Shown: one piece after another, positions 29,784-41,184 of the stretch | How the letters are laid out: each line of letters opens with the position of its first letter | How positions within the stretch are numbered: the stretch's first letter is position 1 | DNA from: a virus | Taxonomy: Duplodnaviria; Caudoviricetes | Virus record (IMG/VR): IMGVR_UViG_3300020577_004796 | Coordinates: 9,144-73,143 of that record | Direction: 5' to 3' (one strand) | DNA: 64,000 nt | Made by a program: the position numbers and the translations under genes | The notes under the pieces: generated by a model | What the model saw: the letters and a program-made list of their open reading frames with translations, nothing else | Database searches by the model: none | Told to the model about the DNA's origin: nothing

Positions 29784-30092
29784 ATGACACCAATACAACA
29801 GAAAATAGAAGAATACCGGGAGTGGCTACAGGAAGAAGTTAGAGTACGGAAAGGAGCTATTAATATGGGAGCAGCAATGATGGGAATGGGATATGAAGAT
29901 GCCCTGCAGAAACTAGACACTATGTTCCCCGTGGAACATACATCAGAAGAACCTACAATGTCAGACCTCATCATGGATACTGTAGATATACCGGTAGATG
30001 ATGGACCTATAGAAGAAGAATGGGCTCGTAAAGACATAAAACAGGAACTGGGTATAGCAGATGAAACTGATAATATCTATCCAAAACACTAA
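29784..30092 (+). CDS. Hypothetical acidic protein
   Basis: 102-aa ORF after a TTCACTCAC leader. Confidence 0.6.
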   Translation: MTPIQQKIEEYREWLQEEVRVRKGAINMGAAMMGMGYEDALQKLDTMFPVEHTSEEPTMSDLIMDTVDIPVDDGPIEEEWARKDIKQELGIADETDNIYPKH

Positions 30093-30107
30093 ATCAAAAC
30101 AACATAT

Positions 30108-31502
30108 ATGGAACAGAACAAAGCAGGACCTAATGGTCTCCCAACAGAGTATCAGATATACATCAGTGATGATAACTCAGAAGAAGGAAAAGAACTAATA
30201 AATAATAAAGCTGCTACTAAAGGTCATAGTCATGGAAGACATCGAACATATGGATCTTCTGGATACTATCATATCAAGGAGAATATGTGGTTCTACTATG
30301 GTACCAAGAGAACTGATATAGCAGAGATATCCTATGAAGACTGGAAGAAAGCTCTCACTGAACCATCTACAGGTTATAAGGTAGGAGACTGGATCACTAT
30401 ACTGAATGGTGGCTGTAGGGTAGGCCCAGGAATGCAAGGGCATAAACTAGTAGGTAATAGTTATCAGATATCATCAGTAGACCGGCAAACTCCTACAGAG
30501 TGGAAATACACATTAGAGGGAAATCCTGTCCAAACATCAGCAATAGTATGGGATAAAGCTACTATGGGTAGTCAACCCTACATCAGGCCGGCAGCACCTG
30601 AAGAAATAGCTAAGGCTACCGGTATACCTCTACCAACAGAGAGTAAAGAATGGGTACCAAAAGTAGGTGAGTGGGTAGTGACAACCTCTACAGAATACAA
30701 CTATACTGAGAATGGAGAAACAGGTAAAGTAGGTACAGTATACCAGGTACAGGAGGTGCTAAAAGATAAAGCTGGAGACTGGTACAGAAGAACTAAAGGG
30801 GCTACTGATGGTGCTAAAGTAATATCTCTCAGACCAGCCACTTCAGAAGAAATCAGAAAAGCTCAATCTAAGAATGGTAAGGAATGGGTATGTACTAGTG
30901 AAGATGGGGTGGAGTTGTATGATGGGAATATGGGATATTGGACCGAGTTAAAAGAAGGTACCTGGAAATGGTGTACTACCTGCCATATAAGTAAAGCACA
31001 TATAGCAAAAGGTTGTAGTCTAACTACAGGAAACTTCAAAGTATTCTCCACAGAACAAGCAGCTAAAGAATGGATAAGCCGTCAAAGTACATCAGGGGAA
31101 TGTAGGGAACCATGGTCACCAATACCGGTAACTGATGGACAAGTAAGAAACACTGCCAAAATAGGACAGAATGCAACATGTAGAGCAGGAAACTATAAAG
31201 GGCAATGGGGTGAAATAGTGAAAATGGATAAAGGGTTCTGGTATGACCTAAAAATGAAAGATGAAGAAGTAGTAACATGTTATCCATCAGAAATAGAAGA
31301 AATAAGAGTAAACAAATCAATAATCAATTCACAAACAAAAACCAAAACAAACAGTTATGGGAACATCACGGAGAGCGACGCAGACAGCGTCAGAGCAATT
31401 AAATTATCGTCAATTACGCGAACAGTCGGACGATCAACTGAAGGACCAGCAGTTGCAATACGACGTAAGAAGCAACCTAAACGGGTTGTCAGAGTATATT
31501 AA
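30108..31502 (+). CDS. Modular protein with repeated small beta-domains (KVG[DE]W...RPA..EEI)
   Basis: Internal repeats YKVGDWITI/VPKVGEWVV and RPAAPEEIAKA/RPATSEEIRKA. Confidence 0.65.
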   Translation: MEQNKAGPNGLPTEYQIYISDDNSEEGKELINNKAATKGHSHGRHRTYGSSGYYHIKENMWFYYGTKRTDIAEISYEDWKKALTEPSTGYKVGDWITILNGGCRVGPGMQGHKLVGNSYQISSVDRQTPTEWKYTLEGNPVQTSAIVWDKATMGSQPYIRPAAPEEIAKATGIPLPTESKEWVPKVGEWVVTTSTEYNYTENGETGKVGTVYQVQEVLKDKAGDWYRRTKGATDGAKVISLRPATSEEIRKAQSKNGKEWVCTSEDGVELYDGNMGYWTELKEGTWKWCTTCHISKAHIAKGCSLTTGNFKVFSTEQAAKEWISRQSTSGECREPWSPIPVTDGQVRNTAKIGQNATCRAGNYKGQWGEIVKMDKGFWYDLKMKDEEVVTCYPSEIEEIRVNKSIINSQTKTKTNSYGNITESDADSVRAIKLSSITRTVGRSTEGPAVAIRRKKQPKRVVRVY

Positions 31503-31692
31503 CAAGACTTCGCGTGAACTCGATGAAGCCAAGAAAAATCTTCAAAACGAATACAGACGTGAGAAGATCGACTGGGAAATAGTTGCACAATGTAAGGACG
31601 CTATTAGCGATCTGGAAGCCGGCCTTGCGTCTTTGAAAGAAGACCGCCAAATGCTCTTTCCTGATTGGAAAGAAGTAGCTACTGAAGACTAA
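31357..31692 (+). CDS. Coiled-coil hypothetical protein overlapping the previous ORF
   Basis: 111 aa with heptad pattern; overlaps 30108-31502 by 146 nt. Confidence 0.6.
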   Translation: MGTSRRATQTASEQLNYRQLREQSDDQLKDQQLQYDVRSNLNGLSEYINKTSRELDEAKKNLQNEYRREKIDWEIVAQCKDAISDLEAGLASLKEDRQMLFPDWKEVATED

Positions 31693-31791
31693 TGAAGCTC
31701 GGGCCACAGTGCCTCCGAATGTAGCCAAAGGGTAGATATACTCTGCGGCTACATTCATCTTTTTAATGTTTAAATCTTTTATAAATAAAAC

Positions 31792-32167
31792 GGGCCCGAA
31801 AGGCAATCGACTTGCAATATTAAGAGCAACAGACATGCAGGGAAGGTGTGTTGACCACTAATACACGCACAACAACAAATGCTAAAGTTAGCAAAAGCGC
31901 TATGACCTTTGGTCGTACTCGCACGATTGATGTTACTTCTTTCGCCCGCCCACGTGGCCTGGCGTTTGCAGCCTAACACCACTTCTGGTGAGAAGTAAAC
32001 ACACCAAAAACTGTTTTGAAATCTCAGTAAAGGATACCTTGACGTTGGAAGTAGATGTAAAGTATGCATAACTTCATAGTTTGATAGAACAATAAACTGA
32101 TCTAAAGCATGTGAAAAGACTGTATTATTAAATTGTAAACACGTTCGTTCGAATCGAACCGGGTCCA
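31792..32167 (+). ncRNA. ssrA: tmRNA (transfer-messenger RNA)
   Basis: Acceptor GGGCCCG/CGGGTCC with G3-U70 and A73; T-arm GTTCG-TTCGAAT-CGAAC; CAGACATGC/GCATGTGAAAAGACTG pairing; tag frame 31881-31976 ends LAFAA-stop. Confidence 0.95.
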
Positions 32168-32232
32168 CGAATCCACAATAAATTTGGCGAGTCCACTTTT
32201 ATTAAGAAATTCAGCCAAGTAAGAATGGCGCC

Positions 32233-32272
32233 AGGAGGAGTGCTGAATTAGGCAGTATCTCCTCCTTTTTTT
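32233..32272 (+). terminator. Intrinsic terminator after tmRNA
   Basis: GGAGGAG...CTCCTCC stem plus T7 tract. Confidence 0.75.
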
Positions 32273-32293
32273 AACTCACTTAAAACTTATTTT

Positions 32294-35200
32294 ATGTCAC
32301 TCATTCTAAAATTACTTTTAAGCATTTGTATATTAATACTTCCGTGCTGCTTTAAATTACCTGTACAACAAATAGTAAATTTAGAACTATGTTCTTTATT
32401 TATTAATATTTGTTTGTTTATAGTAGTTCCTACAAAAAGGAAACCTAAATCACGTATGTATATTCATTATTTATATTTTACTGACGGAGATATAATACGT
32501 ATAGAAAGTAAAGATTCGCGTCCAATAACAGCTTATCTTTCAAGTTCTAAATACTTTCCACATAAAGAAGTTTACGATACATATACTTTATAATCTTTAA
32601 AATTAATTTTATGTGGTTATACACGCACGGGGAAGATGGTTTTGAAATAGGACCATTTGATGCTTTTACTAGAGCTGCTGCTATAAAAGCTGTACATTTA
32701 GCGATAAAGGAAGAGTTTGAGCCTGAATCAAAATCGTACGTTAAAATGCTTATCCAGGAGTTTAGGGAGAATCCTACATATCTACGGAAACTAAGTAAAG
32801 AACAACAAGAAAATATCAAACGAAACTATAATTTTTTGAGAGGTATGTAAATGATGCTTATATGCAGACAGGATGAGTTAGACGTCTAGCTAATGTCAAC
32901 AATATTTTCCGCTTTAAAGGTATAACCGTAATTATGGCACCTCTCATTTTTATTCACTCACAAACTCACTGTTATGTATACTTCAAAAGTTAATTATTTA
33001 AAAACACTACCCATAGGGGATTTCATTATCTTTTGTTTATTATGTTTTCTTTCTTACATATGTGTAATACTATATTTAATCTTGTTTCATGAAGATATTT
33101 TTGGCAAGCTATTTGTAAATATAAAAAACTGGCTCAAAAAACCAATTTGGTAACTTAAACTTATTCATATGTTTGTACTCGAAGGATCTCCGTTGCTTCT
33201 TAATCTAATTATTTACAATACTTATAAAATTAGATTTGGATCAAAAATTAATTATGAGCTTTATTATGAGCTTATGAATCAAATAATAACTTAACCAGGT
33301 ATGTGAGTGGATGCTATCAACCTAGGCCGTTTAAAGGGTACAGAGACAACTAGCAAATAAATAATCGACCACCACATACCTGGATAAGAACTCAAAACAT
33401 TTAACTCACTCAAAAAATCATTTTGATATGTACAACAATTATTTAATATACATAATGGGGTTCATAGTTGCTTTTCTAATAACAAGGTCTATTGCAAAAG
33501 TAATAGTGAAAGACATGGAAGGATCTGCTGCAAATCCAGGATGGGGGGCACTAACAGCTAGAGTTCTCCTTTCTTTTGGTAGTTGGATTACTGTTTTTAG
33601 TAGTTTGATAATGATAATAGTTTATTTAATTTATAAATTTATCGAAAATAAAAAAATAGGTGATCCACCTAGCTGGCTATAACTAATTTTTAACCATTTC
33701 AAATTATTTCATATGATACGCTCAATATCAATAATCGCACTTACGTTGGTAATAATAATATTTATCATAGGAGTTGGTGCGTTTATAAGTTCAAGACCAG
33801 ATCCCCCAAGAAAGCCAAATATTGTCACTAACAAATACTTTACTTCACGTAACAATTATCCATTAATTTGCCAATACGAAGCAACAAATATTTATGGTTA
33901 CACTGAAGATTCGTGTGATAAGTACGATGTAGGTGACACATTAAAAACTTTTAAATAAAAAACATGCCTAAAACAAAAAATTGGTTACAAGAACACATCG
34001 GAAAGAATATTCAGATAATTAAATCTGATGAATCAGATATTATTACTGTCTTAGACGAAGAACACGTAGAGATCTTGTTTAACCAACAAGATACTTATGT
34101 ATATGAGGAGATCGGTCCCATCAATGTAACAATCGTAGAAGATGCTTCAGAAATAATACAAGAAGAATCTTTTGCGGATCAATGGTTAGACAATCAAGCT
34201 AATAAGTATTAATGCACCTTATACGTTATTGGTTCAAAAAAACTGAATTTGAACGAATGATAAACGATTGCCATCGCTATGATTTGTTTCACAGACGCAG
34301 AATTTATACATTTTGGGGTAAAAGAAAAACATATTAAAGTATAGTAGGGGGTCCAGGAACATGTAAGAGTGTACAATGTATGCCTTTGTATCGTAAACCC
34401 TCTACTACATATTTTATCACTCACTCAAATCAAACATATGATACTCATAGCAATAATAGAAATGCCTGAAGAACACCAAAATCTTTCAAGAACTGTTATG
34501 GTATTTGGTGAAATCGAGTTACAAGCGCAAGAAGAAACAGTGGATGCTGAAGTAGAAGTAATCTCTTCGTGTCCATTACAATAAACTTTATCAAAATCTA
34601 TATGGGTTGTGAGGAATCCCATTTTATATAAAAACTCTCTCTAACGAAAAAACCAAGATATACGTTAGATTGTTTGCAGCACTTGGGCGCCTCTTGCGTG
34701 AGATCTTTAACGTGAAGAGAAGATGCGTTGCGCGAAAAGCTATATGCATTATGCGATTCGTTTATAGAAGAGCTGGTCCAGAAAGATGGTTTGGGTTAAC
34801 CCCCGAATCCTGGACCAGTTTTTTATTACTTACTCATTAAATATTATTTATTAACCATAAAAAACAACTCAAATGAAACACTTGCTGTCACGCACACATT
34901 TGCCCAGAATTAAAGCTTTCACTTTCACACATAAAGGAAGTGACCCAGAAGTATTGGATATTGTTGTTTATGCAAGTAATGCACAAGCTGCAGCTCATAA
35001 ACTAAAAGTTCCTGCCGGAAGAAAAAAAGAAGATTACAAATTAAAGCCCGATGAAACTGTCAAAGAAGAAAAAGAGAAAACTGTTCAAACTCTTAGTTAA
35101 TCAACTCATTTTTAACAAATATTAAATTGATTTTATGAAATTAAATGTAAATTCTTGGTATGGTAGGCTTTATTTGTCTACTTATGGTAAAGACAACACA

Positions 35201-37708
35201 GATACTTTACCAAATAATATATGTTCATTCTTTTGGCCATTACTCTTTGCCATAATACTGTTTCCTTTATGTTGGCCGGGCCACGTAATAAATCTATTCA
35301 CACCTAAAACTATGAATAGAACAAACGCTTTACAAACTGCTTTCCATTTACCAGCTTCTTTGTTTTTTGGAATACTTATAGCTTTGACAATGAATATCAA
35401 ACAAATGGATTTGATGCGACTTTATTTGTATGGATTTATGGCGTTCGTATTTTTTTTCTTTTTTATTTTTGCTTTAGCTTTTGCTTGTTTTTATATTTCA
35501 GATAAAATAAAAGAAAGGCGCCCACTCACCCCTAAGAAAGTTAATCCGATTGTAGCCGGGTTTAGAGCCATTAAAGGTAAATATTGCACCCCCGTTACCT
35601 GGGAAAGAAAATAATTAACTCACATTAAACTTAAAAGCGTATGAAACTCCTTTGCGTTTTATTAATAACATTACCTTACTTATATTTTGCTTTCCAAGCC
35701 ATAAGAAGGTTGGTGATACCTAAAAAGACTAATTTAACAGCTAAGCAATATTCTGAAGAAGTTGCTTTTCAAGCAGCTGTGGAAACAGTATGTGGTGCAG
35801 CCTGTTTTTTGGGATTCATACTGCTTTTTCTGTTTATTTAACTTATCCAGGATGACGGGGAGATTCCAACAACGCTTTGATTGTACATAAAGAGGCGGAG
35901 GGCTCCCCATCTAACTGGTATTACTCACACTCAACTGTTAGGTTATGCTCACAAACACACTCGAAACACTCATTCAATCAAAAAATCCAACTAATGGTTC
36001 AAAACTTTGGTATATTCTTGAATTTAACAATCAATTAGCTGGTAAAATAACACCAGAAGTTAAAATCCAAGGGGATTGTTTTATACCATTAGGCTCTTAT
36101 GTATGTGGAAAATGCATCCTTAAAGATGTAACAATTCCTTATAATACCGGAATAATAAGTCTTTCTGTACATAAAGAGCATGACAAAGTCGGTAAAATAG
36201 GTGATTTTGAATTGGTCAAAGACTTCAGAATCGCACGAGGAGTTTATGTTTCTGGATTAATTCGTAAATCAGATCACGAATATATGAACGCTCGTATTAT
36301 TTTAGGGTATGATTTATGTGTGTATAACAGAAATCATACTTCTAAACAAACCTACAAAAAAATACAGAAACAAAAACTTTGAGCCTGTAACCTATAAACT
36401 CTATCACTCTTTAAATTTGCAAGTATGAATGAAACTATAAAGAAATTAGAAAATGATTTTGAGGTACAGTCTTTAGAAATCCTTGAACAAAAAGAAAGCA
36501 TACTTGCTGATTCTTATTGGCAAAATCTAGCTTGGTTTAAAGAAATATGCAGATCAAAATCATTTAAAAGATTAAAGCAAGCTAAGGCTGTCGAGAAAAT
36601 AAGAAATGAATGGATCGAAGTACAACAACAAATTATTTTACTCAAAAAACAAACTCAATGAAAAGAAATCCATTACCGTTTATTATCATATACATGCTAC
36701 TTTTAGCAGTATTTTTTGTTATGTCAGCAAAGTCATGTCCGGGCCAAAGCTTTGGATTTAACACTGACACCTATCGTAAAGTATGTGTATCAGAGGAGCC
36801 AATTCCTTTATTTAACGTATTTGTAAACGATTCTTTGTGTGTTGAAGCCATAGAATTAACCACTGATAATTTGAAAGAATTATCTAATATGGAAAAACAT
36901 TACCTAGTTACTACAGACGGAATAGCTGTTTGTCTTTACAGAAATAGATATTGTATATTTCTGCCTGATACAAAAACTAAGTATGTTGTAACTTCCTTTC
37001 AAAATAAACCTGTTAATTATCATCTTGTGTGGTTTATCCAGGAGATAAGGAAGTGGCGCGCTCTAAATAATTCCATCACTTCAAATTAAATAAAATGAAA
37101 AAGCATTATTTAGCGACATCTGTGTTTACTACACAGCAAAAAGTTCTAAGGGGGGAAGATCTGGAAGAAATTATAGATTTACCTAAACCATGTAAAGAAT
37201 TTAAATCCGTAGCAGCGCTTCAATTAATGAATTTTCATTTTGTATCTACTGAAGAAATTCTTAATCCCTGGGCAAGAACTATTGCTGATCAGCATTTTCG
37301 TAACATTCATCTAAACTAAAACTCATGCATAAAAAACTTTTAATACTTTTTGGAGTATTGTTATTATTTTCTTCTTGTGAAGAAGCAAGTAAATTTAAAG
37401 TAACAATATATGCAAACAAGCACGGTACTTTTTGCGAATACTTAGTTGATTCTGCAAAAATGGTTGGGAACCGTTATGTGTTTAAATATAAAGATAGACA
37501 TTGTAACTATCCTCAGCAAACAGAAGAAACTACTAATTGGGTTACACCCGCATCTGGTACAAATACACATGTTGAAGTTAGACCACCATTGGAAGAACAA
37601 CTAACTAAACAAACAGAAGAACGTAAGAAAATACTTAGTTTTCTTATGGCGTTAGGCTGTGGAGTGACTCTTATTTTTATTTCACGTTCTTTAAAAAAAA
37701 TTTTATAA
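32294..37708 (+). other. Cluster of ~18 small early hypothetical genes, several membrane-type (e.g. 32611, 33428, 33713, 33964, 34873, 35135, 35641, 35945, 36425, 36658, 37095, 37325)
   Basis: Co-oriented short ORFs, most preceded by a (T/A)(C/A)CTCA leader and separated by hairpins; no recognisable motifs. Confidence 0.6.
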
Positions 37709-37900
37709 TGCTACAGTCAATAATTTTCTTTTTTGCATTATTAAGTAGTTTCACGGGTATTTTTGGCATAGCATTAATATCAAACGATAAAAAAGATAAA
37801 CGCCTTGTATTGTTAGGTGTAATATCTCTTTTAACCTGCTGGTTATTATAGAGTTATTTTTATCATATTTCTTAACAATTCACTAAACCAACAAAAAAAA

Positions 37901-38788
37901 ATGAAACAAAAAACGATTCAATTAGACAAAGAGCTTGAAATGATAGCTCAAAATGACGAAAAAGCGTTTGAACCTTTGCAAGAAGTAAAACTTCTTTTGG
38001 CCGGAGATCATCAACAAGATGTTAACTTGATGCGGAGCCTTGCTGGTAATTCTAAACTTATCCAGCAGGAGAAGATTGTTGGTGCCCAGTTAGAACTCGA
38101 AAGGTTCAACAGCCAATATGGTAAAACTTTTACTATAGATCAAATCAAAGCTTTGGCTGTAAAATATCACCTGCGCTTTTTGCATTCTACTAAATTTAAG
38201 GGAGACATGGATATCCAGGTTATCTCTAAAGTAAAAGAGTTTGCAAAAGAATACGAAGTCTCCTGCCTGGACGAGCATAGCCTCGGAACAAAATTCTTTA
38301 TTATGGCACCGGCCGAATCTTTTCATATGACAACACGTTCTTTGAAAAGTGTTCGTGCCCAGGAAAAAGAAGAAGCTCGTAGGAAGCTTATGCTGGAGCG
38401 TGATCCTATTCTTTTCTATAAGATAGATCAAAAGCATTATCGCATGATCCACAAATGGGGCCGTGATCTCACAGCATCGAGAGCCACTATGGGCTGGTAT
38501 TGGAAGAACTTCAAGAATTACTCTAAAGCAAACAGAATTGCGGTAGGTATTCTGTTTGTTCTTTCTGCTATTCTGATGAATGTCAAGTTATCAACATTGT
38601 CAGAAACAGAAACATTCCAGAAGTATTTCAATAGCGGATTGGTTTTCAGTTTCGCTAATCTATTACTATTGTTAGTAATGGGCCTTGTTTTGGCTTTCCG
38701 TTTAGGTCGCGTTCAAAAAGAAGGTGAGCCTCGTGAAGCTTTATTTGGCGAAACCAATTGGGATCAGTCTGAATTAATTTTGATGTAA
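37901..38788 (+). CDS. Conserved-looking phage protein with C-terminal TM helices; distant paralog of 44717-45571
   Basis: FTIDQIKALAVKY, FFIMAP, DPILFY, IHKWG. Confidence 0.65.
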   Translation: MKQKTIQLDKELEMIAQNDEKAFEPLQEVKLLLAGDHQQDVNLMRSLAGNSKLIQQEKIVGAQLELERFNSQYGKTFTIDQIKALAVKYHLRFLHSTKFKGDMDIQVISKVKEFAKEYEVSCLDEHSLGTKFFIMAPAESFHMTTRSLKSVRAQEKEEARRKLMLERDPILFYKIDQKHYRMIHKWGRDLTASRATMGWYWKNFKNYSKANRIAVGILFVLSAILMNVKLSTLSETETFQKYFNSGLVFSFANLLLLLVMGLVLAFRLGRVQKEGEPREALFGETNWDQSELILM

Positions 38789-39049
38789 AAACCGGAACTA
38801 TAAGTTTTCCTGACAGGAAATGAAAATGTGCTTTCAGTTTAGTGTCAGCAGACTGGGAGGAGTGATAGATTAAGGTTGAGGGGAGAGACCCGAGATTCTT
38901 GATTTCACGATGCATCTAGCGCATTGAAATAAGGCTAACGAATCCAAGCCTTAAAGTGGATTTAGCTGTGGTATAGGTAATCTTTTTGTAGTTGTGGTTC
39001 AATTCCCACTATAATTAGATTGCCTTTACTACAGTTTATTTAAAAAATT

Positions 39050-39400
39050 ATGAAAAACGAAGAAAGATTTTTTACAGTGTATCTTTCTAATGATACACAA
39101 AGATCAATAAAAGCCAAAAGTCCTGATATTGCTTATATAAGAGTTCTCAGTTTTATCTTAACCAGAGAGATGGATAATGAAATTCTCTATATTGTAGATG
39201 AAAAAGATAAAAAGATTTACTACGATTTAGAGTGGGCTGTTATTATGAACGACGGAGATAGCTTAGAAAGAATAAGTGGTAACCCACCAACATACACTGA
39301 AAAAGAAGTACTTGAAGCAATTTTAAGTTATTGTAGATATATAGGCAACGTACCTGCTTCTGCAGAACATTATTTTAACACACAAGTAAAAAAGAAATAA
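39050..39400 (+). CDS. Hypothetical protein
   Basis: 116-aa ORF. Confidence 0.5.
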   Translation: MKNEERFFTVYLSNDTQRSIKAKSPDIAYIRVLSFILTREMDNEILYIVDEKDKKIYYDLEWAVIMNDGDSLERISGNPPTYTEKEVLEAILSYCRYIGNVPASAEHYFNTQVKKK

Positions 39401-40012
39401 AAATGGGCGATAAGAAAAATTCTCCGTTACGCAACCAAAGAAGAAAGAATGTGGTAGAAAGACTATCACAACAATTAAAAGATAATGTAAAGTTGGTAAA
39501 GCAAGCTGGTACCGACTCCCTTATCCTGGAAGAGCCCTTATCAGAAAATGATAAAAAAAGAATTCTAACAGAATTATCTACCTTAGAAAGTAGAATAACA
39601 TATTAAGATCTCATAAAAGGAGAAGTAGCCAGTTATCGTAAGACTGGTGTCTCTGGAGGGGTTGTGCGATGGTAACGGGTTGGCCGTAAGTAAGAAGGTG
39701 AAACAGACGACTTTGTCTCATCGAGGGGACATATACAGCACTTTTAGGGTACGAAGCGTTATACATCACTGAAAATTGGTCCATACAATTTATAGGAGGA
39801 GGGAACTACTTTCTAATCAGTAGTGGTTGAAGTCCACTGTACCCGCTAATAAAAATACTGCAATATTGCAATCGTAGCTTAAATTTTCCAAGAGCATGGA
39901 TACGAGCATAAGAGGACCCACTAACACATAGTCTCGCGACTATAAAGATTATATAGAAACCAACTATTACAAATCTTAGTAAGAATTTGTAGGGGAATAG
40001 TTGGTTTCTTCT

Positions 40013-40465
40013 TCACTTGTTTTTATTTTTACCTCTATAATTACAAGTTTGAGCATGGCAATTAGGACATAAGATTTCAAGATTTTCTAATGTATGATTA
40101 AAACAATTTCCATCTATATGATTTAATTCAATAGGTATTTTTACATTATTCCACATTTCTAGATTACATTTTTCACATTTATGTTCTTTTACTTTTTCTT
40201 TAATTAATCTATTTTTAAGTTTAAATGTGTGATATTGTGGATATTTACCATTTAATATATCTTTTAGAGGATAAACTTGCTTGATGTTGGGTTTCTTACT
40301 TCCTTTTGATCCCTGATTAGGTTTGTATATGTTAAACTTAATCGCATATTTTTTAAAAGTATTAAAGTGAAGATTTGTTTTAGAACAAGCTTCACGCATA
40401 GTGTTAGAAGCCTCAATTGCATTTTTAATAATCGTTTCGATATTTAATTTATCTGTTGTAGTCAT
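40013..40465 (-). CDS. HNH endonuclease, inverted relative to its neighbours
   Basis: CEKC...IELNHIDGNCFNHTLENLEILCPNCH; likely start MTTTDK at 40465 behind a TTTG-N20-TATATTAT promoter. Confidence 0.9.
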   Translation of the reverse strand: MTTTDKLNIETIIKNAIEASNTMREACSKTNLHFNTFKKYAIKFNIYKPNQGSKGSKKPNIKQVYPLKDILNGKYPQYHTFKLKNRLIKEKVKEHKCEKCNLEMWNNVKIPIELNHIDGNCFNHTLENLEILCPNCHAQTCNYRGKNKNK

Positions 40466-40708
40466 ATATATAATATACGAACAATAATCGAGACTGCCAA
40501 ATCTACATGTATATGAAACACACTCCAGAAGAATACAAAAAGAAAAAAGAATACGAAGCTCTTTATAAGAAAATAGGAAAAGATAGAGCTCGTGTTCGTA
40601 AAAATAAACGTTGTACAAAACGCAGAGATAATTGGAAAAGTAAATATAGCGGAATTTGTCCTAGATGCGGTAGAAGTAAGTATGGAGATGATTGCTGGTA
40701 AATAATTC

Positions 40709-40765
40709 AACGAGGTAGTTCAGTGGTAGAATTTGTGTCGGCGTGTTCGATTCCGCCCCTCGTTA
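40709..40765 (+). ncRNA. tRNA-like element lacking an anticodon arm
   Basis: AACGAGG/CCTCGTT acceptor, D-arm GTTC-AGTGGTA-GAAT, T-arm GGCGTG-TTCGATT-CCGCC; only TTGTGTC in between. Confidence 0.7.
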
Positions 40766-41184
40766 CTCACTAATACCATAATATGTTTGTATGGAACAAA
40801 ATAAGAAGTTTATTGACAGTTAGGAATACTGTCTTTTCCAGAAAAAGGTTATGTGATATATGTCATCAGAATGACGGCCACCACCTGTTACTGGACAAGA
40901 AAAGCTTAGCATGTCACATTTGCTGGAATAAATGCAACAAGAACAAGTATAGTTACTACGGAAAAAAATGAAATGGAAACCACACAACCTAAAGCAAAGA
41001 GATACACAGCAGAAACAAACGAATTACCTTTACAACTTGTCTATGATTTTAAAAAAACACCATACGATAAGTTTCTGTTGAATAGAATGAAACGAGATCA
41101 GAAAGAAAAAACTTTTCATGGATTTAATCGTGACACTCTTTTGCGAAAACTAAAGGAGTCTCCAAGATTGTCAAAGTTATTAAA

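Noticed and set aside
39747-39845. A true tRNA gene
   Set aside because: Acceptor-like and T-like stems exist, but no convincing D-arm or anticodon arm. Kept only as part of an ncRNA candidate.
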